From: Candidatus Latescibacterota bacterium | GTDB taxonomy: Bacteria > Latescibacterota > UBA2968 > GCA-2709665 | Assembly: GCA_965237675.1 (NCBI GenBank) | Contig: OZ250150.1 | Location: forward strand, 128,001-192,000 | Direction: 5' to 3' | DNA length: 64,000 bases | Shown here: positions 39,518-49,391 of the stretch, one piece after another | Position numbering within the stretch: the first letter of the stretch is position 1 | How the letters are laid out: every line of letters starts with the position of its first letter | Notes under the pieces: generated by a model | What the model was told of the DNA's origin: nothing | The model's database searches: none | What the model saw: the letters and a program-made list of their open reading frames with translations, nothing else | Program-made: the position numbers and the translations under genes

Positions 39518-40051
39518 CGTCTATGGTGATGCGTACGATCCGGACGCGCTGCGGCCTCGCGAAATTGCAGTCTACAAGCGTCGCCCATTTTGAACAGGCT
39601 TGCCGTGCATTCGAGTAAAATACAACCGAACATGGTTACGGGAGCGAGACTGTCGGCCGAGTCTGACAGACCGATATTATACCGGTCGGAACAGCTTAAA
39701 ATAGGCTAAGATGTGCATAAGTGTCAATCGGATTCTCTACGTTACAGCAGAAATAGCTGATTGGAAAAGACCCCGCCGGCGTCTCTCCCTTACTCAAACG
39801 CTTCTAAACTTTGCAGAGCAAAAATGCCTCCCGATAAGATCAAGGCGGAAACCCCGATCGGCCCGACGCCGTCCCTATCCACAATTCCCGCAAAGCGGGT
39901 TCCCGGATTATTCCGTTGCCTTTGGTATTCTCCCGTCCACACGCGTACTCGCACATCGCCGGTTGCGCATCCGCGACTCAATCCTTATATTCACCCCATT
40001 CACGTGAAATCGTACCACACGCCTATTCTCCGTTCATGAAAGGACTCGATC

Positions 40052-40918
40052 ATGCTCACCCGGGAACAGATCGAAGCTTACCATGCCGACGGTTTTCTTG
40101 GCGTGGAAGGGGTGTTTACGACAGAGGCAGTTGACGACCTCAGGCGGATCACGGATGACTTTGTCGAAAAATCCCGGCAGATGACCCGGAGCGACAGCGT
40201 GTTCGACCTGGAACCCGGTCACTGCGCCGAAACACCTCGCCTCAGACGGATCAAGGAACCCACGCACCAGCACGAGATCTATGCCGGAGCCCGAACCGAT
40301 AAGAGAATATTGGAGATCGTTTCGCGGCTCATTGGCCCCAATATTCGTTGCAACGGCGAAAAACTCAACATGAAATCCGCGGAATTCGGCAGCCCCGTCG
40401 AGTGGCACCAGGACTGGGCCTTTTACCCCCATACCAACGACGACCTCCTGGCCGTGGGAATCGCCATCGACGCGATGACTTCGGAAAACGGCTGCCTCCT
40501 GGCCATTCCGGGATCCCACAGAGGACGTGTGTACAACCACCACCAGGACGGGCATTTCGCGGGCGCCGTTACCGAGACCGATTTTAACGCCGAGGGCGCC
40601 GTATCCATCGAAGTCGGCGCCGGCGGTGTTTCGATCCACCACGTTCGCGCGCTGCACGGCTCAGTACCCAACACGTCAAGCCGACCCCGCCGTCTGCTGC
40701 TCTTCGCCTACGCCGCCGCGGACGCCTGGCCTCTTGTGCCGCCGGTAACGGACTGGGAGGCATTCAACGCGAAGATCGTCGCCGGAAGACCCACGTACGA
40801 ACCCCGTCTTACGGATGTTCCCGTCCGGGTACCCTATCCGCCGGCGCCAAGGGGCGGCTCCATCTACGAGATTCAAACCACCCTGAAAAACCCCTTGTAT
40901 GGCAGAAAGGCCGGATAA
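40052..40918 (+). CDS. PhyH-family dioxygenase
   Basis: MLTREQIEAYHADG, WHQD, ENGCL..IPGSH, LHGS. Confidence 0.92.
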   Translation: MLTREQIEAYHADGFLGVEGVFTTEAVDDLRRITDDFVEKSRQMTRSDSVFDLEPGHCAETPRLRRIKEPTHQHEIYAGARTDKRILEIVSRLIGPNIRCNGEKLNMKSAEFGSPVEWHQDWAFYPHTNDDLLAVGIAIDAMTSENGCLLAIPGSHRGRVYNHHQDGHFAGAVTETDFNAEGAVSIEVGAGGVSIHHVRALHGSVPNTSSRPRRLLLFAYAAADAWPLVPPVTDWEAFNAKIVAGRPTYEPRLTDVPVRVPYPPAPRGGSIYEIQTTLKNPLYGRKAG

Positions 40919-41691
40919 TGGAGGCACCGGTATACCTCGATCCCGACAACGTTTCCGATTTCCACCGGAACGGTTACGTCCTGGTCGAAGACCTCTTCAG
41001 CGAAGACGAAGTCCGCATTCTGCTCAATGCCGTTGAAACGGGCGCGCGGGTGGCCGGGAACACCCGTTCCACGTCCGACGCATCGGGAAAGACGTCCAGG
41101 TTGGCTATCTGGCACGAACTGGGCAACGACATCTGGACCGCGGTGTCCACGTGTCCCCGCATTGTCAACAATATCCGTATCCTTCTGGGTGAAGAGGTCG
41201 CCTTCTTCCACGGCAAAGTGATGTTCAAAGACGCCCATGAAGGCGGGGCGTGGGAATGGCACCAGGACTACGGATACTGGTATAGTCAGGGATTCGTCTT
41301 TCCCCGCATGATCAGCGCATTTATCGCCCTGGACGAATGCAAGCGGGAAAACGGCTGCCTGAGGGTTCTGCGCGGATCCCATCTCCTGGGGCGGCTGGAT
41401 CACGTCAGAGTCGGCACCCAGACCGGCACCGATCCCGTAAGGATCGCGGGTATCGAACCCCTGTTGGATTGCGTCTCCTGCGAGATGCCGCCCGGCTCGG
41501 TCCTCTTCTTTCACTGCAATCTGCTGCATTCCTCGACGCCCAATACGTCCAGCCGCCATCGGCGGTCATTCATCATCTGTTACAACGCTCTGGGCAACCC
41601 CCAACTCATTGAGAAGAAGACCGCCGACCCATACCCCTGTCCGGTGGGGCCGGACGACGCCATCTCCAGGTACGGACCGGTCCCTGGATGA
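40918..41691 (+). CDS. PhyH-family dioxygenase
   Basis: FHRNGY, WHQDYGYW, ENGCL..LRGSH, LLHSS; TAATG overlap. Confidence 0.92.
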   Translation: MEAPVYLDPDNVSDFHRNGYVLVEDLFSEDEVRILLNAVETGARVAGNTRSTSDASGKTSRLAIWHELGNDIWTAVSTCPRIVNNIRILLGEEVAFFHGKVMFKDAHEGGAWEWHQDYGYWYSQGFVFPRMISAFIALDECKRENGCLRVLRGSHLLGRLDHVRVGTQTGTDPVRIAGIEPLLDCVSCEMPPGSVLFFHCNLLHSSTPNTSSRHRRSFIICYNALGNPQLIEKKTADPYPCPVGPDDAISRYGPVPG

Positions 41692-41791
41692 CCCTGAACA
41701 GGGTTCCCGCTGACGCACCTGCTGAAACCGCGGTCTTGCGTCGATGCGTTTCAAGGGCATCCCTCAATGCCGACGGACTCCAGTAGCATCC

Positions 41792-42832
41792 CTACCCGCT
41801 CAATACCTCTTGTTCACGGTCCATTCCCGTCAGGGGCAACTCGACCCATGCGGCGTTCCTGGCATGGGAGACGTGAAAGCCCACAATGGCTTCCAGCGTC
41901 TGCACGGCTTCCGATGCCGCGTACGGAAAACCGGCTCCACCGTCCAGCCAATCCACAATCTCGCCCACCGCCCGATCCATTGAAGAGGAACCCTGCGGAG
42001 CCGGCCAGGCATCCCGCCGCCCGTCCCAGAATTCCAGGGTCACGTCCCTGCCGTCAAGACCGGCGCAGCCCTCCGTCCCGTGGATCGAAATCCGCGGCGG
42101 CACCATCGCATCATCCGCGGCGTCTACCGTGCAGATCAGTCCGCACTCCAGGCGCAGCATGCCCCAGCCCCCGGGGTCGCGGAACTGTTCGCCTCGGCAA
42201 TCCGGCTTCCCGGCCGGATCCAGTGTTCCCGACACCGCCTCTACAGCCCGCCCCGTCAACATCTGGATCGTATCGATCATATGCGTACCTACGTTGCCCA
42301 GCCGCCCTGAGCCCCATTGCAGGGTTGCGGAGGTCAGCTCTCCCAATGCGCCGTCCGCCACGAGGTCGCGCAGACGCCTGGCGTTAGGCTGAAACCGCCG
42401 GTTGTGGTTCACGACGAGCAGGGTACCGGCGTCTTCACAGGCCTTCCGCATCCGCTCGGCGTCTGACACCCGGGTCGCGATGGGTTTCTCGCAATAGACG
42501 GCGCGCACACCCTGTCTCGCGCATGCGACCGTGATGTCGACATGAAAGGGCGCATAAGTCGCCACACTTACAATATCGAGTGTCTCCCCAGCCAGCATCT
42601 CACGCCAATCGGCGTAGGTCGGCGCGCCCGTGCGGGCCTGAAAACGCTCCCGGCGTCCCTCGTCCCGGCTGGACCCGGTGGAGATAACGACACGGGGATG
42701 CCCGCTCAACGCATCGGCATGGGTTCCGTCCAGATCGCTCACCGATTGTCCTACTGCGTCGCCGGATACCTGGTCTGCGCCGCCGATAAAGCCCAGGCCC
42801 ACAATTCCGGCACGGTAGGTTTTGCCAGTCAT
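41792..42832 (-). CDS. Gfo/Idh/MocA oxidoreductase
   Basis: GIVGLG, CEKP, NHNRRF, GTHMID. Confidence 0.92.
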   Translation of the reverse strand: MTGKTYRAGIVGLGFIGGADQVSGDAVGQSVSDLDGTHADALSGHPRVVISTGSSRDEGRRERFQARTGAPTYADWREMLAGETLDIVSVATYAPFHVDITVACARQGVRAVYCEKPIATRVSDAERMRKACEDAGTLLVVNHNRRFQPNARRLRDLVADGALGELTSATLQWGSGRLGNVGTHMIDTIQMLTGRAVEAVSGTLDPAGKPDCRGEQFRDPGGWGMLRLECGLICTVDAADDAMVPPRISIHGTEGCAGLDGRDVTLEFWDGRRDAWPAPQGSSSMDRAVGEIVDWLDGGAGFPYAASEAVQTLEAIVGFHVSHARNAAWVELPLTGMDREQEVLSG

Positions 42833-42951
42833 GAAATCTCCTCTTCCGGTTCAATTTTCGGCGATTCGACGTTCCGGTCCATCTCGCTTGTCGCAATATC
42901 CAGCTGGATGTCGATCGGTCGGTCGGGTTCCGCCGGCTCGGGATTCCTCAT
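42829..42951 (-). CDS. 40-aa acidic small ORF
   Basis: ATGA overlaps with both neighbouring genes. Confidence 0.45.
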   Translation of the reverse strand: MRNPEPAEPDRPIDIQLDIATSEMDRNVESPKIEPEEEIS

Positions 42952-43607
42952 CCATCCAGTTCCACTGCCCGCCAGAGATACCAGCTTGCCACTGACCGGT
43001 ATGGACGCCACCGTTCGCCGTGTTGCAGCAGGCCCGCGGGCTCGGGCAACTCGCTCAACCCGTAGGTCAGCATAAACCCCTTTTTTACCCCCAGGTCTTT
43101 AACCGGCAGCACGTCGGCCCGGCCCAGATCGAATATCAACATCATCTGCACGGTCCATTCCCCCACCCCCCGGACGCGGGTGAAGCGCCGGATGATCTCG
43201 TCGTCGGGCATCCCATTCAACCGCCGCCCCGATGGAACCGCGCCCTCGAGGGTCTTTGCGGCAAGGTCTTTCACGGCCGCCACCTTGGCCCGGGACATCC
43301 CCGCACCGCGGAACGCTTCGTCGGGTACAGCCAATATCTGTTCCGGCTCAGGATGTGTCTCTTGAGGAAACAAAGCCAGAACGCGGCCGTAGATCGCCCC
43401 GGCTGCCTTTCCCGAAAGCTGCTGGTGGATAATCGAGCGCATCAACGCCCGAAACGGATGGTGCGGCGTCTGCGCTTCCAGCAGGCAGGGTCCGGCGCGT
43501 TCCATCAGACCTCCCAGCGCGGGGTCCACCCTTGAAAGCGCCGCAACCGCTTCTTCAGGATCGTAGGTCAATCCACCTTCGATTTCCGGCACTGCGTCGC
43601 GACTCAT
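42948..43607 (-). CDS. AlkA-like DNA-3-methyladenine glycosylase
   Basis: IIHQQLSGKAA, VRGVGEWT (HhH), LPVKDLG, WRPYRS. Confidence 0.92.
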   Translation of the reverse strand: MSRDAVPEIEGGLTYDPEEAVAALSRVDPALGGLMERAGPCLLEAQTPHHPFRALMRSIIHQQLSGKAAGAIYGRVLALFPQETHPEPEQILAVPDEAFRGAGMSRAKVAAVKDLAAKTLEGAVPSGRRLNGMPDDEIIRRFTRVRGVGEWTVQMMLIFDLGRADVLPVKDLGVKKGFMLTYGLSELPEPAGLLQHGERWRPYRSVASWYLWRAVELDG

Positions 43608-43648
43608 GAGATTATCTTTGGGCAATTGACGTCTCGTTTGGCCCGCCG

Positions 43649-44644
43649 TCAGCGCGCAAGTAGACGCGAGGCGCAACTCCCTTTGTGTTCTTTCCCGATT
43701 TCGCACCTCAACGTCGTGGCCAGAGCCACTGCGCCCAACAGGCCTGAATTGCCTTTCAGCCGTGCGGGAAGAATTTTCAGATGCGGCCGGTGCACGGGCA
43801 TCAGAAACCGATCCACCTGTTCGCGCAGCGGATCCAGCAGCACCCGGCCGGCCTTGGCCACGCTGCCGCCGACCACAATGGCTTCGGGCGCAAGCGCATT
43901 CATTGCAGCCGCCATTCCCATACCCAGGTATTGACACGTCTCATTCACCAGTTCCAGGGCGAGCCCGTCGCCCGTCCGCGCCGCGTCGAAAACCGCCCTG
44001 GCGGTAATCGGACCTCCCGCCGCCTTCCGGATGCCGTGGCCCTGTCGGGGCTTCCTGCGTACCGCCTCTTCCCCGCGGCGCCCGATGGCCGTGCCCGAAC
44101 AAATTGCTTCGAGACACCCCCGATTGCCGCAATCGCAAAGCGGCCCCTCGGGAAGGACCGGCACGTGTCCGAGTTCACCCGCGTTACCGTTCGCTCCGCG
44201 GTAAATCTCACGTTCGATTATAATCCCGGCGCCGATACCCGTTCCGATATTGTAGTAGATCAGGTGCCGGCAGCCCTTGCCCGCTCCGAACGTGAATTCG
44301 CCCAGCGCGCCCACGTTGGCATCGTTATCCACAATTGCCGGCACGCCAAGCGCCTTTTGAATCGTCTCCGGAATTGTCACGTTGTCCCACCCCGCCACGT
44401 GTGTGGAATTGACGATTCGCTGGGCCTCGAAATCCACTGGGCCGCCAAAGCTGATTCCGCACGCCGATACTTCTGTTGGGGAAGACGCAAGCAACCGGAG
44501 TCCCTCTTTGAGAATCCGCTCGATCATCCACTCGGCGCCCCCGGAGCGATCGGTGGAACGGGTCACCTGTTCCACAATCCGACCGTCGGATGTGCCCAGT
44601 GCCAGACTGAAGTTGGTGCCGCCGATATCGACCGCAAGAATCAT
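43649..44644 (-). CDS. ROK-family sugar kinase
   Basis: DIGGT, DNDAN, GTGIG, GELGH, CDCG..GCLE. Confidence 0.93.
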   Translation of the reverse strand: MILAVDIGGTNFSLALGTSDGRIVEQVTRSTDRSGGAEWMIERILKEGLRLLASSPTEVSACGISFGGPVDFEAQRIVNSTHVAGWDNVTIPETIQKALGVPAIVDNDANVGALGEFTFGAGKGCRHLIYYNIGTGIGAGIIIEREIYRGANGNAGELGHVPVLPEGPLCDCGNRGCLEAICSGTAIGRRGEEAVRRKPRQGHGIRKAAGGPITARAVFDAARTGDGLALELVNETCQYLGMGMAAAMNALAPEAIVVGGSVAKAGRVLLDPLREQVDRFLMPVHRPHLKILPARLKGNSGLLGAVALATTLRCEIGKEHKGSCASRLLAR

Positions 44645-44654
44645 GGACGCCGCC

Positions 44655-45419
44655 TCAGTCCGCCAGGCCGCGGGCGCGAAGGTAGTCCAGCGACTGCTCG
44701 ACCCGTCGTTCCACGTCCCGCCGCGTCAGCGATTCGCCCCTGACCCCCTCCAGTTCCAGCGTGTAGGGCCCGTTGCGTCCCTCGCTGGCGAATATCCTAA
44801 AAATAGCGGGAAAATCCACAATCCCCTCACCAAGTGCGGGAAAATGCCAGGTCTGAAAGGCGCCGTTCGTTTCCTTCAGATGAACGGCGGCCACCGCGTG
44901 GGACACCCTTCGAAACTGCTCGACCGCATCCACGCCTTCGTTGTAATAGTGGACGTTGGCCGTATCGAAATTGATCCGGATATTGGGATGATTCACGTTG
45001 CGCATCGTCTCCAGCGCCACATCGGCATTCGTGACCAGGTCCGGATGCGTTTCCATGGCCACGACAATCCCGCGTTCGGCGGCGGCGTCACCGATGTCCT
45101 GCAATCTTCCGTAGACAAAATCCCGGTCTATACCTCCGGTCTTTACACTCGTGAACACCAGGGCTACCCCCATCTCAGCGACGGTATCCAGGGAGCGTGC
45201 AAATCGCTGGACCGCGTCGTCGGCGTGCATCTGACAGCGGATGATGAGACTTGATGGACGCAGTCCGAAACGGTTCAGTTCACGCTGCGCCGCACCCGCT
45301 TCCTCGGGCTCAGGGCATGGAATCTCCACGTTGGTCAGACCGATCCGGGAAAGATGCTCGTACGCCCCGTCTCGATACTGTCGATAGCTGTTCAGGTTGC
45401 ACGCAATCAGGTTTGACAT
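44655..45419 (-). CDS. Sugar phosphate isomerase/epimerase (xylose isomerase-like TIM barrel)
   Basis: METH, FDTAN, VHLKE, LGEG.VD, LELE. Confidence 0.88.
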   Translation of the reverse strand: MSNLIACNLNSYRQYRDGAYEHLSRIGLTNVEIPCPEPEEAGAAQRELNRFGLRPSSLIIRCQMHADDAVQRFARSLDTVAEMGVALVFTSVKTGGIDRDFVYGRLQDIGDAAAERGIVVAMETHPDLVTNADVALETMRNVNHPNIRINFDTANVHYYNEGVDAVEQFRRVSHAVAAVHLKETNGAFQTWHFPALGEGIVDFPAIFRIFASEGRNGPYTLELEGVRGESLTRRDVERRVEQSLDYLRARGLAD

Positions 45420-45432
45420 TGTTCCTCCTTAG

Positions 45433-45574
45433 CAGCCCGTTGAAAAAGTCCATCCGGTCTGCGTGCGTGTGACAGCACGCACAGGCAGGCGCCGATTCAT
45501 CCCGTCTCGCTGCGTTGCCAGCCGGGGGACTCGACGGCCGAATTTCGGCAATCTATTTCCAGGACAGAACACTA
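45433..45574. mobile_element. Chimeric MITE: family B left end plus family A core and right end
   Basis: CAGCCCGTTGAAAAAGTCCATCCGG ... TTTCCAGGACAGAACACTA. Confidence 0.7.
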
Positions 45575-46828
45575 TCCATACCGTACCCACCGGATCATCT
45601 CCGAAAGGGTCGCCCGTTTGCCCCGCATTAAAATCCCGACCCGGTAGATCCGCGCGGCGGCCCACATCACTCCGGCAATGGTTGCGATCAGAATCAAAAC
45701 CGACGCCGCGATCTCAATCCACGGAGGCGTGTGGACGTTGACCCGCACAATCATGATCATGGGAGAAAAAAACGGAATCAGCGACATCACCACGGATGGG
45801 GTGGCGTTGGGCTGCCGGGTGATAAACGTCATTACAAGCAGCGAAAGGATCATTGGCACAATTACGAGGATTTGCAGGTGCTGTGCATCCTGTTCGGTGT
45901 CGCAAATAGCGCCGATAATTGCATAGAGTGTGGCGTACAGAAAATAACCCAGGACAAAATAGACACCGAAGTAAACCATCATGCCCGATTCGATCGCAAA
46001 CGGCAGGTTCGGCCCGTACGCCATCTCGCCGTATGCGGAGGCCAGCAGACCCACGCCGATCCAGACCGTGACCTGAACCAGGCTGGCGGCTCCAATGCCC
46101 AGAATCTTGCCGGCCATCATCTGCAACGGATCGACCGACGAAAGCATCACCTCCACCATGCGGGTGGACTTCTCCTCCAGGACGCCGCGCATGACCATGA
46201 TTCCATATACGATGGTTACCAGGTACAGCAACATGGCGAAAGCAAACGAAGAGAAATATTCCCGGGCAAAGCCGCTTTTCTTCTCCTTTCCCTTTACAAT
46301 TTTCACCGTCTTCATCTGCACCCGCCGGGTCCATTTTCTCACCGCTTCGGGGTCCAGCCCCCGCTCTGCCAGCCGGTGGGCAACCACGACATGCGTCAAC
46401 GCGCTCCGCAATCGCCCGACCTTGCGGATATCGCTCACATTCTTACCGTAAAATCCGGCCTCGCCCTTCTCAAAAACGTCTGGCGGCACCACCAGGTAGG
46501 CATCCAGCCTGTTGTCATTGATCTCATCAGTCAGTTGCCGCCGTGTGGTTTCCAGGTCAGGACCGGGCGACACTTCCTGCAGCAGATATTCCACCCGGCC
46601 ATCCTGAAGTCTTTCGTCAAGGCGCGACTCGAGTGGCCGGTACAGGATTCCGGTCTGGTCGACCACGGCCACACGCTTTTGTTTGTCGACGTCGACCTGC
46701 GCCAGAAAGACAGGAACCAGGATGCTCGCCACGACAAAAACCGGCACCAGAAACAGCCCGATCAGGAAACTCTTCTTGCGCACGATCTCGATAAATTCCC
46801 GCCGGACGATCGTCAGTGTCTTATTAAT
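45572..46828 (-). CDS. ABC-2 (NatB/YhaP-like) exporter permease; probable ATT start
   Basis: INKTLTIVRREF N-terminus, EEKSTR..E, GKILG, IPFFSP, IYRVGIL. Confidence 0.85.
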   Translation of the reverse strand: MNKTLTIVRREFIEIVRKKSFLIGLFLVPVFVVASILVPVFLAQVDVDKQKRVAVVDQTGILYRPLESRLDERLQDGRVEYLLQEVSPGPDLETTRRQLTDEINDNRLDAYLVVPPDVFEKGEAGFYGKNVSDIRKVGRLRSALTHVVVAHRLAERGLDPEAVRKWTRRVQMKTVKIVKGKEKKSGFAREYFSSFAFAMLLYLVTIVYGIMVMRGVLEEKSTRMVEVMLSSVDPLQMMAGKILGIGAASLVQVTVWIGVGLLASAYGEMAYGPNLPFAIESGMMVYFGVYFVLGYFLYATLYAIIGAICDTEQDAQHLQILVIVPMILSLLVMTFITRQPNATPSVVMSLIPFFSPMIMIVRVNVHTPPWIEIAASVLILIATIAGVMWAAARIYRVGILMRGKRATLSEMIRWVRYG

Positions 46829-47738
46829 TTTGGCCGTCCCCGGTTTCTTCGCCGCGTACAGCCATCACGAAAATATCTCTTAGAGACGGCTCCGAGACTT
46901 CGAACCGGTGGATCCGAGCACCGGACAGTGCACTTCGAAGCAGGTCGCCAGGGTCGGCGCCGGTTTGGAGTTCGACCTCCACGTGATTCCCTCGATGCTC
47001 CACGCGCCGAACCAGCTTCGTATTCTTGAGAAAATCGTCACTCCCATGAAAAGCGATACGCAACCGGTTTTTTTTATACAGGGACTTCAATTCCGGTACG
47101 GTGCCTTCCAGTACCTTCTTTCCACGATTGATCAGACAGATCCGGTCGCAAAGCGCTTCCGCATCCTCCATCTGGTGGGTGGAGAAGATGAGGAGCTTTC
47201 CTTCACGCTTCAAGGTCTGCATAATTTCCTTCAGGACGGCCGCGTTGATCGGATCGAGCCCGCTGAAGGGCTCGTCGAGAATCAGCATGTCGGGTTCATG
47301 AAGTACAGTCGCGATGAATTGCAGCTTCTGTTGCATTCCCTTGGACAACTGGTCCACAGGTCGGTTCGACCATTCCGCCAGGCCCAACCGTTCCAGCCAT
47401 TTTTCCGCGCGGCCGGCCGCTTCTGTCCGGGAGAGCGACTTGATCTCCCCAAGAAATACCAGCAGATCCATGACACGCATTTTGGGATACAGCCCTCGCT
47501 CCTCCGGAAGATATCCCACCCTGTCCTTCGAGAGTCCCGTTCCGCCGTTGCCATAATCGATCTTACCCGAATCCGGCGCATAAATCCCCAGGATCGTACG
47601 AATCGTCGTGGTCTTGCCGGCGCCGTTAGGACCCAGCAAACCGAAAATCTCGCCGGCCGCGATATCGAGATCCAACCCATCCACCGCCCGGACGCCTTCG
47701 AAGGTTTTCGTGACCTGCTGGAGCACAATCCTGCGCAT
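46824..47738 (-). CDS. ABC transporter ATP-binding protein
   Basis: GPNGAGKTT, LSKGMQQK, ILDEPFSGLD, STH. Confidence 0.95.
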   Translation of the reverse strand: MRRIVLQQVTKTFEGVRAVDGLDLDIAAGEIFGLLGPNGAGKTTTIRTILGIYAPDSGKIDYGNGGTGLSKDRVGYLPEERGLYPKMRVMDLLVFLGEIKSLSRTEAAGRAEKWLERLGLAEWSNRPVDQLSKGMQQKLQFIATVLHEPDMLILDEPFSGLDPINAAVLKEIMQTLKREGKLLIFSTHQMEDAEALCDRICLINRGKKVLEGTVPELKSLYKKNRLRIAFHGSDDFLKNTKLVRRVEHRGNHVEVELQTGADPGDLLRSALSGARIHRFEVSEPSLRDIFVMAVRGEETGDGQN

Positions 47739-47928
47739 ATGATTCTCCCGGACTGATCCGAAGAGTGGCGGAAAGCGCGGGCTATTATATGTTACCGAAT
47801 GCTGAGAACCCACACCTTGAACAGGCATAAAATACGAGCACGGGGAAGGGCGCGCAACAGGACTTTCCCGGCGGTTGAATGAAACCGGGGCGGCGCGAGA
47901 CGGTTGCATCGGTTGCCGGATATTACGA

Positions 47929-47967
47929 AAAAAGGCGCCGGCCGTACGGGGTACGATCGGCGTCTTT
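47929..47967. terminator. Hairpin with minus-strand T tract
   Basis: AAAAAAGGCGCCGGCCGTAC-GGG-GTACGATCGGCGTCTTT. Confidence 0.45.
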
Positions 47968-48315
47968 CGGGAGGGATGCAGCATGGTTGTATCCGCTTAG
48001 ACGCGCTCCGGGCGGGAAGGTTTCAGATTTTAACGAGTATAAATCAATTTGCTTATGCGGTCATAACCCTTTTTTGCCAGGCCTGCCTGTCGGGCATAGC
48101 GCCTCTCGGCCAACAGGCAAGCGGCGCAGGCAGGGATTCAGCGTTGTGGTACCACTCATCCACAACCTGCGGAAACAACATCAATGATGGGCTTGACACC
48201 CAAGCGTAAAACCGTCGGATAAACAGGGGTATCTACAATCTATCGAACGCCCGTGAAGTAAAATTGAATACAAATGCCGGTGCGACCTGCGGCTGGGGTT
48301 GCCGTATTGTTGGAT

Positions 48316-48344
48316 TTGACAATGTGTGAATTACAGTTTACAAT
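48316..48344 (+). promoter_or_regulatory. Sigma70 promoter and probable operator of the TA module
   Basis: TTGACA-N17-TACAAT; imperfect palindrome TGTGAATTACAGTTTACA at 48325-48342. Confidence 0.75.
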
Positions 48345-48347
48345 TGT

Positions 48348-48677
48348 ATCGTTGAGATCAAGATCTATCAAAATCCCAATGGCATTGAGCCTTTTGCAGA
48401 ATGGCTTTCTCCTATCAAGGACAAAGTGACGGTTGCCAGAATCCGAAATCGTCTGAGGCGAATTGAAGAGACTGGGAATTTAGGTAATTATCGCTCAGTG
48501 GGTAATGGTGTCTTTGAATTTCGGCTTCAGTTTGGAGCAGGATACCGGGTCTATTTTGGCAGAATAGCAGACGATGCCATTTTGCTATTGCGAGGAGGTG
48601 AAAAAGGTTCGCAAAGTCGGGATATTGAAAAGGCAAAAGCAGACTGGAAAGAGCATAGTTCAAGGGAGCAAAAATGA
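48348..48677 (+). CDS. RelE/ParE-family (addiction module killer) toxin; canonical start codon missing
   Basis: VEIKIY..PNG.EPFAEWL, GNLG..RSVG.GVFE.R..FGAGYRVYF, GGEK.SQ..DI. Confidence 0.85.
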   Translation: MVEIKIYQNPNGIEPFAEWLSPIKDKVTVARIRNRLRRIEETGNLGNYRSVGNGVFEFRLQFGAGYRVYFGRIADDAILLLRGGEKGSQSRDIEKAKADWKEHSSREQK

Positions 48678-48983
48678 GTGCCTACCGGAACTTCAGAGAC
48701 TATCATGATTGAGCAGCTACGCGATCCGGAGGACGCGAAGGTATATCTTTCCGTTGCGCTTGACGATTATGAGATAACCGGGGATATGGAAGCGTTCTTA
48801 CTGGCAGTTAGAGACGTTGCAGAGGCGCAGGGTGGAATGTCTAAGTTGGCCGAGCGGGTCAGCCTGACTCGTGAGGGACTTTACAAAGCCCTTTCCGAAA
48901 ATGGAAATCCGCAGCTCAACACGATGGGCGAAATTCTGCATGGATTGGGATTCAGGTTTTCGATAGAAGCGCGAGAAAACTGA
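48674..48983 (+). CDS. Addiction module antidote (HTH antitoxin), probably frameshifted near the N-terminus
   Basis: FLLAVRDVAEAQGGMSKLAE...REGLYKALSENGNP. Confidence 0.85.
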
Positions 48984-49139
48984 GTGCAACTCCACATCGA
49001 AATCTTCGAACTTGCATTCAATGCGGCCACGCCGATGTGCCGCTTTTTCCTCCCGTTGGGAACGTCAAGCTAATGGAAGGAACCTGGCACGGCGCTTAGC
49101 TGGCATCGGCTCCGTGTGAATATTGGTTATAATTCCCGA

Positions 49140-49175
49140 AAAAGAAGGCACCCGCATTCGCAGGTGCCCTTTTTT
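49140..49175. terminator. Bidirectional terminator
   Basis: AAAAGAAGGCACC..GGTGCCCTTTTTT. Confidence 0.75.
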
Positions 49176-49179
49176 GATC

Positions 49180-49266
49180 TGGTGCCGAAGGTGGGACTCG
49201 AACCCACACGGGCTTGCGCCCACTGGATTTTGAGTCCAGCGCGTCTACCAGTTCCACCACTTCGGC
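49180..49266 (-). tRNA. tRNA-Leu(CAA)
   Basis: GCCGAAGTGGTGGAACTGGTAGACGCG CTGGA-CTCAAAA-TCCAG, long variable arm, GGTTCGAGTCC, CCA end. Confidence 0.97.
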
Positions 49267-49391
49267 GCCATTGAACTCAGGATCAACAAATATCCCCATA
49301 CCCGCCGAGCGTGTCAAGAGAAAACAGGCGCTTTATTCGCCGCCTTTGTTGACGGTAAAGAAAATGGCAGGCGGGACGGAAGTGCAGAGCG

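Noticed and set aside
39600-40030. Small ORFs or ncRNA upstream of the PhyH pair
   Set aside because: No RBS, motif or fold support
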